Assembly: GCF_018350175.1 (NCBI RefSeq)
Contig: NC_058368.1
Span: forward strand, 195,860,001-195,924,000
Source of the DNA: Felis catus
Lineage: Eukaryota
Direction of reading: 5' to 3'
DNA: 64,000 nt
In this document: piece by piece, positions 25,461-64,000 of the stretch
Position numbering within the stretch: position 1 is the first letter of the stretch
How the letters are laid out: each line of letters opens with the position of its first letter
Notes under the pieces: generated by a model
The model's database searches: none
The model's input: the letters and a program-made list of their open reading frames with translations, nothing else
Told to the model about the DNA's origin: nothing
Position numbers and translations under genes: made by a program

Positions 25461-25631
25461 GGCAGGATGCTTTCTGTTTCTGTCATTGGAGACTTTCCAT
25501 ATTCCATAGCACAGTGGGCAGAGACTATCTGATATCCTGCTAGGCAATGGTCACAAGGCAGCAGAGACAAGGCCCACCATGCTCAGTCTTGGGGCCAAAG
25601 ATAGAAAATTAAACAAGTGATTATCAAACCA

Positions 25632-25814
25632 CAGTGGTTCTCCAAATTTGTGGGCATGAGATTCAGCTGGAAGCTTAATAAAGATTTAGATTTCTGGGCC
25701 CTGCCCCCCAAATTCTAATTTGGGTCTTGATAAGGGCCTGGAATCCTCATTTATAGTGGTAATTCTCAGGTAATTCTAGTGTAGGTGGCCCAGGTCCACA
25801 CTTGAGAAACACTG
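25632..25814. mobile_element. MER5-type (hAT-Charlie) MITE
   Basis: TIRs CAGTGGTTCTC / GAGAAACACTG. Confidence 0.75.
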
Positions 25815-27271
25815 GCCTGGGGCCTAGACTCTGAGCCCTTTGGGGGCAGTAATTGTCTCCTTTATCTCTGCTTCCCTCCCTAATTCCTGTCACAAAGGGA
25901 CAAAATAATTGCCCATTGAACTGAATTGTTTGAAACCACTGCTCCAAAAAGTGTTTCACATGGAGTCAGCTTAGGTCTGTAGCCTCCCTCTACCTGTAGT
26001 CTCTGGGACTTGATTTTACCAGAGGAGTTTAGTCCAGCAAAAGCGATTAACACTCAGCAGAGACTAGGTTATAAGCCATAAAGCCAAGGAATTCATTAAC
26101 AGGAAGAAATACATGTTCTTGTAGGAGCAGAGAGTCCACCCATGAAACTATTGCTTGGTGAATAAGAGGTCAGAGTAAATGGAATTTACTGACTTTTAGG
26201 CTTAAATTGTTAAAATGGGACACAACCTCTGAGATAACATATAGGAGAACACTGTATAGATCAAAAAGCACTATATTCCCTGTAAGATATTACTAACATC
26301 ATCATAGTAAAAAATACGGTAGACAGAACACCTAAATGTGTAAAGCAAATACTGACAGATCTGAAAACAGAAATTGATGGTACAACAAGGGGACTTCAAT
26401 GCTCTACTTACCATAATGAATAGAATATCCAGACAGAAAACAATAAAGGAACAGTTGACTTGAACAACACGATAGGCCAAATGGACCTAACAGATGTTAA
26501 CTGAACATCCCACCTAACAGCCATAGAAAATGTCTAATTCTCAAGCACACGGGGGTTTTCCTCCAGGACAGATCACGTTAGGCCACAAAATTAGCCTTCA
26601 AAATTAAGAAGATCAGGGGCTCCTGGGTGGCTCAGTCAGTTAAGCGTCCGACTTTGGCTCAGGTCGTGATCTCACAATCCATGAGTTCGAGCCCCACATC
26701 GGGCTCTGTGCTGACAGCCTGGAGCCTGCTTCAGATTCTGTGTTTCCGTCTCTCTCTGCCCCTCCCCCACTGGCGCGCGCGCGCTCTCTCTCTTTTACAA
26801 ATAAATAAACGTTAAAATTTTTTTTTAAATTAAGAAGATCAAAATCATTCCAAATATCTTCTCTGAACACAATGGAATGAACCTAGAAATTAGTAACAGC
26901 AAGAGAATGGGAAAATCAGAAATACGTGGGAAGTAAACAACACACTTAAACAACCACTGGGTCACAGAGGAAATCAAGAGGGGATTTTAAAAGTATCTTG
27001 AGACAAGTGAAAATGAAAATATAGCATGCTAAAAGTTATGAGATGCAGAAAAAGCAGTACCAAAAGTTAAGTTCATAGCAATAAATGCCTATATTAAACA
27101 AGAAGAAAGATCTCAAATAAAAAACCTAACTTTACACTTTCAAGGAGCTAAAAGAAGAAGCACAAACTAAGCCCAAAGTTAGCAGAAGAAAAGAAATAAT
27201 AAATATCAGAGTAGAACTAAATCAAATAGAGAATAAAATAATAGGAAAAAAGTCAACAAAAGTAAGAGCTA

Positions 27272-27988
27272 TTTTTTTTTTGACTGTCCTAAATTATTTG
27301 GTAAGAATTTTACAAACATTACGTGTATTAGTGGTAACAGTGGAGCTGGAGAGTATTGGGTCTTCTCTGAGTCACACGGCCAGAACCACCAATAGTATGG
27401 GGGAACTTGTGAACCTTTTCAAGGCCATGGCTCTTGTGGCCTGCAGATGTCAGCCGTCACATCTCCCTGTGCTTGTGGTCTGGTTTGGTGAATCCACTGG
27501 GTGTCAGGATTTCTTCCGATGGCTTTATGGAACAGATCAATAAGGATAATCTCAAAGAATTTGTGTGTGGAATCTTCGCCAATCCAGTAAGAATTCAAGA
27601 CTCTCAGAGCCCCACAGTGGCGTCCAGCTCACTCCTCTGCAACAGACTGAAGGCTTCAGGCAAACTTTAGCTGGTGGACATCATGATGGACAGGATTGCC
27701 ATAGGTAGCAGCACCCTTAGGAACTGGGCGTTTGCAGCCACCATGTCGCACATGAATCCAATATATAACATAACCTTGCTTGGCCTTGTACCCCAGTCTG
27801 TACGCTTTGTCGGGCCAGGTTGGGTGGGGGGCCCTGTGGAGCACAGGGAGCTGGAGATACAGACAGCAGTGCACCCTGAGAAGAAAGAGCATTACACCAG
27901 ACTGCTTCTTCCTCCAGCCCCTGGATGTACTTGTAAGTGCCCATCTTGGCTTACCTTTGAGCTCATGGCTGCTGCCAGACAGAAAGGC
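27272..27988 (-). pseudogene. RPL15: Processed pseudogene of ribosomal protein L15 (CDS remnant 27944..27328)
   Basis: Intronless. Peptides MGTYKYIQ / [37 protein letters not shown] match RPL15. 2-nt frameshift near 27916, TGA at 27658-27656, 5' TOP-like start, 3' UTR + polyA (T-run 27272-27281), AGAGCT direct repeats at 27265 and 27989. Confidence 0.96.
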
Positions 27989-29902
27989 AGAGCTTTCTTT
28001 CTTTCTTTCTTTTTTTTTTTAAAGATAAATACCACTAACAAACCCTTAGTAGATTAAGACGATAATTGAAAAGACTCAAGTAAAGTCATAAATGAAAGCA
28101 AACACATTACAATGGGTGCCTGAGAAATAAAAGGTCATATAGGGTTATTATGAACAATTTTATGCCAAAAAACTAGGTAACCTAGGTAAATGGATAAATT
28201 CCTAGAAATATACAACCTACTAAAATGGAATCAAGAAGAAATACAAAGCCTGAACAGACCCATAACAAATAAGGAGACTGAATCAGTAATCAAAACTTTC
28301 CAATGAGAAAAGCCCAGGACCAGACGGTTTCACTGGTGAATTCTACCAAATGTTCAAAGAAAAATTAATACCAATCCTTTTTAAATTCTTTTTTTTAATG
28401 TTTTAGAATTTATTTTTGAAGGAGAGAGAGAGAGACAGGGCATGAGCAGGGAAGGAGCAGAGAGAGAAGGAGACACAGAATTCGAAGCAGGCTCCAGGCT
28501 CTATGCTGTCAGCACAGAGCCCGAAGCAGGGTCCAAACCCACGAACCGCGAGATCATGACCTGAGTCAAAGTCGGACACTCAACCGACTGAGCCACCAAG
28601 GCACCTCTCCTCTTTAAAATCTTTTAAGAACAGGAGAGGAACCACTCCCAAATTCTTTTCACGAGGCCAGCATCACCCTGATTACAAAAACAGACAAAGA
28701 CACCACAAGAAAACTACAGGCCAATATCCCTGATGAATATAGATATAAAAATCTTCAAACAAACTAAATTCAATAACACATTAAAAGGATCATACACCAT
28801 GACCAATTGGGATCTATCCCTGGGATGCAAGGATGGTTCAATGTATACAAATCAATCAATGCGATACAACACAATGAAAAAAATGAAAGAAACCACACGA
28901 TCATAAATAGACACAGAAAAGGTATTTGACAAAGTTCAGATCCATTCATTATTAAAACTCTCAGCAAAATGAGTATAGAAGGAACTTACCTCAACATAAT
29001 AAAGGCCATATATGAAAAGTCCACAAATAAGGGAAAAACTTAAAAGCTTTCCTTCTTAGATCTGGTACAAGGCAAGGATGCTCACTTTCATAACTTCTAT
29101 CCCACATAGTACTTGAAGTCCTGGCTGGAGTAATTAGACAAGAAAAATAAACAAAAGGCATCTAAATTAGAAGGGAAGAAGTAAAATTATCTATGTTTGT
29201 AGATAACATTATCATATATGTAGAAAACTCTGAAGACTCAACAAAAAAGCTGTTGGAACTAATAAATTCAGCAAAGTTGATGGATACAAAATCAACATAT
29301 AAAAATCAATAGTGTTTCTATACACTAATAATGAGCTATCTGACAAGGAAATTAAAAAGACAATCTCACTTACAATTGCAAAAAAATAAATAAAATACTT
29401 AAACTTAACCAAAGAGATGAAAGATTTATACACTGAAAATTATACAACATTGATGAAAGAAATTAAAGAAAATACTAATAAATGGAAAGACATCCTGTGT
29501 TCATGTATTAGAAGAATTAATATTGTTGTAATGTCCATACCATTCAAAGTGATCTACTGATTCAACGCCATTCCTATCAAAATCCCAAATTCATTCTTTA
29601 CAGAAATAGAAAAAACAACCCTAAAATTCATATGGAACCACAAAAGACTCCTTTTTGCGCAAAGAGAACAAAGGAAGAGGCATCACAGATCTTGATTTAA
29701 AATATGTTACAAGCTACAGTAATCAAAACAGGCATAAACACAAACATATAGACCAATGGAACAGAATAGAGAGCCCAAAAATGAATTCACACATCAACAG
29801 TTAACCAATTTTTGATGAGGGTGCCAAGGACACAATAAATGGTGTTGGGAAAATTGGATATCCACATGCAAAAGAATGAAATCATATAAAAAATCAACTC
29901 AA

Positions 29903-30109
29903 GGGGCGCCTGGGTGGCGCAGTCGGTTAAGCGTCCAACTTCAGCCAGGTCACGATCTCGCGGTCTGTGAGTTCGAGCCCCGCGTCAGGCTCTGGGCTGA
30001 TGGCTCAGAGACTGGAGCCTGTTTCCGATTCTGTGTCTCCCTCTCTCTCTGCCCCTCCCCCGTTCATGCTCTGTCTCTCTCTGTCCCAAAAGTAAATAAA
30101 TGTTGAAAA
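29903..30109 (+). mobile_element. Young SINEC_Fc inside L1
   Basis: Same young-subfamily head; TSD AAAAAATCAACTCAA. Confidence 0.93.
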
Positions 30110-32569
30110 AAAAAATCAACTCAAAATAGATAGGAGACCTAAACAGAAAACCTGAAGCCATAAAACTATCAGAAGTAAACATAGGGGAAAACCTTCTTGA
30201 TACTGGTCTGGACAATGATTTCTTGGATATGACCCCAAAAGCACAGGCAACAAGAGCAAAAATAGACCAAAGGGATTCCATCAAACTAAAAACCTTCTAC
30301 ATAGCAAAGGAAACAATCAACAGAATGAAAAGGCAACCTACAGAATGGAAGAAAATACTTGCAAATCATATAGTTGATAAGGGGTTAATATGCAAACTAC
30401 ATAGCAAAATAAATAAATACTCCAATTTAAAAATCTGCAAAGGACCTGAATAGATACGTCTATATGTCTATAGATAAGTCAGATATATCTAGAACACATA
30501 CAAATGACAACCAGATATATGAAAAGGTGCTTAACATCACTCATTATCAGGGAAATGCAAATCAAAACCACAATGACATATCACCTCACACTTGTTAGAA
30601 TGGCTGTTATCAGATACAAGATAACCAGGGTTGTCAGGATGTGGAGAAAAGAGAACTGTCATACGTTGTGTGGGAATGTAAACTGGTACAGCCACTATGC
30701 AAAGCAGTATGGAGGTTCTTCAAAAATTAACAATAGATCTATCTTATGATCCAGCAATCCCACTTCCGGGCATATAGTCAAAAGAAATGAAATCAGAATC
30801 TTAAAGAGATAGCTGCATTCCCATGATCATTTCAGCATTATTCACAATAGCCAAGATATGGAAACAACATAAATGCCAACAGATGAATAAAGAAAATGTG
30901 ATATATAAATATATGCACAATATAATAACTGTAATATAAATATAATATAAATATAGGTATCCTGCCATTTGTAGCAACACAGATGAACCTGGAGGACATT
31001 ATGCTATGTGAAATAAGCCAGACCCAGGAAGACAAATATTGCATGATCTCACTTATATATGGATTCTCAAAGTCAAACTCATAGAAGCAGAGAGAATAGT
31101 TGTTGCCAATGGCTGGGGAAGGGAGGAAATGAAGCAATGTTGGCCAAGGGGGTACAAAGTTGCAGTTCGCAGCTTTGCTGCAATTCGCAGCAAAGCATTC
31201 GCAGGCGAATTAACTTCTGGACACCTAATGTATAACAATGTGACCATACCTAATACTGTATATTATATCCTTGAAATTTGCCAAAAGGGTCGATCTTAAG
31301 TGTTCTCATCAGAAAAAAAGAAAAGAAAGAAAATGGTAATTCTATGAGGTGATGGATATGTTAATTAGATTGTTTGAGTTCATTATTTCACAATGTATAT
31401 CAAATCATCAAGGTGTACACCTTAACTATATACCATTTTAAATTGTCAATTATACATCAGTAAAGCTGGAAAAAAAGAAAGAAAATATGCTGGAGGCAGT
31501 CTGCACAGGCGTGATGCATGCAAGCTCCGGAGTCAGACAGAACAGAGTTCCGCTGCTATTTTTGAAATCTCAGACAAGTGGTTTCAATTTTCTGAGCCTC
31601 AGTTTCCCATCATTCCCAATACAAATGATGGTACCTGGCTTTTGGAATTTGGGGGAAAATTAGACGAGACAATGTATGTAATCTTTTCATAGCGTCTTGT
31701 ACTCAATAAGTGTTCAACAGATGTTAGCTAATATTAATATTCAGTTCCATTTCTTCTCAGTCACCAACTCTAATGTCAGACAAATAATACAACAGCGCAA
31801 CGAGAAAAGCACGCAACTGGTGGCAGGTAACCTGGGTTCCAGTCTCTGCTAGGCCAGTTCTACATTTTACATAAAATAGGTCATTTTACATAAAATAAGC
31901 CTTAGTTTACGTATTAGAAAAAAAATGTAGCCGACACCTAGCAATAATGTTCATTCATTGACTTAATTCCTTCACTAGTAATACTTGTAGAACGCCCCCA
32001 ATGTAGAGTTAGTCCTAATTCTAAGTATTCGAAACCTGGAAATGAATGAGAAATGGTTTCTGTGTGGAGGAGCTCAGTCTAGGAAATTTCCAACGAGATA
32101 ATGTCTATGAAGATTTCCTACAGGTCAGTGGCAGGTGTGGTGTGACTCTTAACCTTCCGGTTCCGAAGGCACTCTGTCCCTGAGATCTTCCATCTACCTT
32201 CTGGAAGTAGGTCTGGAAGGTGAGGGCAGGAGAGGCGGTTGTAAATTAAACAAAAGAGCATCCTTTCCTTCTGGAGAAACAAGGAAAAGGAGAGCTCCGG
32301 GCCAGTGTGGATTTGACCTGTGATTGCGTACCTAATGACCGAAAGGTCAGACTTCCGTCCGGGCAGCAAACGCCCACTGAAACGCTGGGGGAGAAACGGG
32401 GATTCCCAGCTGCGCACGCGCACTTTAGCTTTCGCCGAGCGCCAGGCCCCCTCTAGATCGGAAACCTTACGCAGTCTCCTACGAAAGACGTAGGAAAAGC
32501 GGCGTGGAAAACGCAGGCTCTTGGGTCACGTGACGCGGCGAGAGCGTCGTTGGCTCCTCCCCCTCCAAG

Positions 32570-61917
<29,348 letters not shown>

Positions 61918-64000
61918 AAGGTGCCACCAGTGGGGCGGATCCCAAAGGACAGTACCACCACGAGCCCACGTTAAAATGTGGAAGCCGCTGCTTCGTTAAG
62001 CCTTGTTTGTAACGATGTACCCAGGCACTACTGAATCCTCTTCCTAGGAAGGTGGGGGCACAGGCAAGGCGTTGGGAACACAGGGTAACTCCTGTTCTCT
62101 TGCTCTCACTTCTGCTAATACCAGTGAATTACTGTCTCCCTTACTGAACCCCGCACGTCGAATAACAGCAGCATAGTTCCCTCCCAAAAAAAGGGGGTGG
62201 TGGCTCTTCTTTGGCGTGGCATTAGATTTACCACCTGAGAAATTCTGACCATACTGTCTCCCAGTCTGATCTCACAAGGGATCACGGTCTCGCAGATGAA
62301 ACCTAAAATGGTAACTGAAAGGTGGACCTGCTGTTAATGATCCAGCACTGGTCTGCTCTCTGCATCCCATTTAGCTATAATCTAGCACTCTAAACATACC
62401 CTTCACTGGTTGCCACGGCTCCCATCTTGCTTAGGTTTCCACTGGACAGAAAAGTAGAAATTGTCACATCGTCTTTAGTTTGCGGTGTTTGAAGAAACCC
62501 GTGAGATTCTCAAGGCGCTCCCATTTGCCTTTTTCTAAGTGAATACAGGATACTTACTTATCAGTTCCTCTTAAAATTTCTTTGTTGTTAGAACATGGAA
62601 CTCTCTTTTGAGAAGAATTGAAGAAGCAAGCACTCACATGTCATGTCAAGGGGGTGGCGAATCCCATTCATTTTAAATGTTGCCACAATATCCAGGGGTT
62701 ACCGCTGTCACTGGGAGGCAGCCCTTCTGTGTCTCACTCCCTTCCCCTCCTCTCTGCCCTGCCTCTTTAACTCAATAAGTTGTTCTGGACATTTGGCACC
62801 TGGAAAGAGCCCAAAGAAAACTTGGTGGACAAGTTCACTTCTGGAATGCAGATTTTTAGCATGATCCAAAACTAAGGTTCTTTCCACTGATTTGAAGGGT
62901 TACATAACGATTAAAATCTCTTGAATCCCAAACTAGATATTAAGATAAGGAACCTTTCCTCTTCCTGAGTTTAAGACTTTTATCATATGGTGTGTCAAAT
63001 AAGACCATTTTGATTGTAAACCATAAAACAGTTCAGCATACTTGCCTAACAGCACACGTGCTGTTTTCTCTTGGTATCCTGGAGTTGGGTTGCTGACCTT
63101 AATTTCTGTGTTTTCTAGAGTGAGATTTGACCAAGTAGACCAGCTGCACCACACTGTCTGTAAAATGTATTGTTAGCAAGTGGCCAACACATTTTTGGGG
63201 AGAAGAGAAATTTCCTGTTTGTCCTTGTTTTGTTTTTAAGTTCAAGCCTTTAGTTAAAAAACGATTAAGATATGTAGTAGTCTAGAACATAGACAGGGCA
63301 TAGTAACTTATTAGCTCCCTCTGGAAGATAAAAATACTTAGGAAGCCTTTGAAAGACACTAAATTGTACTCTAAAGCTTAAGCCGACTTTATGAAACAAT
63401 ATTCCACAGAGTAATATATATGCTGCAGTATGAGAAAAAAATACACATATCGCTAACATTATGAGAGTAATCGGTAAGGTTTAGCCTCTTGGGAGTTGGG
63501 GCAGGGGGTTGTATAATGACAATTTGCAGATGTAGATACAGTTTAATTTTTTGTGACCCCACAGTGTCAAGTCAGTTTTTATTTCACTACCTGCTAGAGC
63601 CTGCTCTGATGCCACTGCTCCATATTTGCTGGTGGAGAAGCTGGACGTCAGAGCGGAGAATGGCTTCCTGTGTTTACACATCTGCAGACTGTACACAGTT
63701 GTATATTGTGCGTTTACGGCATGTAGCTAGTGTTTGTTCCCAAAAGTGGTAATGTTGAAGCCATGGGTCTCATCACCCCCAGGTGACACAGAAACACAAA
63801 AATACTTTTGATCACAGATTTTTTTTTTTTTGCCTTTAGAAGTCAAATTAACGTGAAGAATAACAGAGTCATTGTATGAATGTTTCCTCAAGATAATTTT
63901 CAGTGCAAGCCAGTATTCTGTGTATTAGTAGAAACGGCTCAACACCTGCAGCTGGTGAATTCGGAATTTTGTTACCTGTTTATATTAGATCAGGTGCAAG
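61918..64000 (+). other. DCTN4: DCTN4 3' UTR (probably continues beyond the window)
   Basis: About 2 kb of repeat-free sequence after the stop. I found no AATAAA, only ATTAAA at 62910-62915, and a Pumilio-type TGTAGATA at 63531. Confidence 0.75.

Larger units (their letters stand above)
23725..28607. mobile_element. Scattered CanSINEs: 23725-23925 (-), 24420-24640 (-), 26615-26830 (+), 28385-28607 (-)
   Basis: Consensus-like heads and tails; TSD AAATTAAGAAGATCA around the 26615 copy. Confidence 0.88.
26320..31485 (+). mobile_element. Decayed L1 (L1MA-like ORF2 + 3' UTR) hosting the RPL15 retrocopy and three SINEs
   Basis: ORF2 peptides ([25 protein letters not shown]); 3' end AATTGTCAATTATACATCAGTAAAGCTGG + A-rich tail. 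Confidence 0.9.

Noticed and set aside
27280..28057. Plus-strand ORFs of 78-127 aa
   Set aside because: Antisense shadows of the RPL15 pseudogene.
1..32300. SMIM3 coding exon expected from synteny
   Set aside because: No MDAVSQVP-like ORF was found on either strand.

Overview
Eukaryotic (felid) genomic DNA: dense SINEC_Fc-type CanSINEs and carnivore L1s indicate a cat-family genome. The right half holds the complete coding region of DCTN4 (dynactin p62) on the + strand. It has a CpG-island promoter near 32.3-32.8 kb, 13 constitutive GT-AG coding exons that join to a 460-aa ORF, a 21-nt cassette microexon (QHTIHVV, giving 467 aa), and a 3' UTR that runs off the window. The left half is a repeat-rich intergenic region. 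It holds a full-length 7SK retrocopy with a (GAA)16 tail sitting head-to-head with a tailless 30-nt U6 retrocopy, several L1s, an RPL15 processed pseudogene nested antisense in an L1, ERVL LTRs and probable remnants of an old ERV1-like provirus. A near full-length U6 retrocopy lies just upstream of the DCTN4 microexon. I found no credible new multi-gene system. The most interesting items are retroposition fossils, the microexon regulatory context, inverted SINE pairs and templated-insertion scars. Repeat subfamily names come from recalled consensus sequences, and repeat boundaries are approximate.
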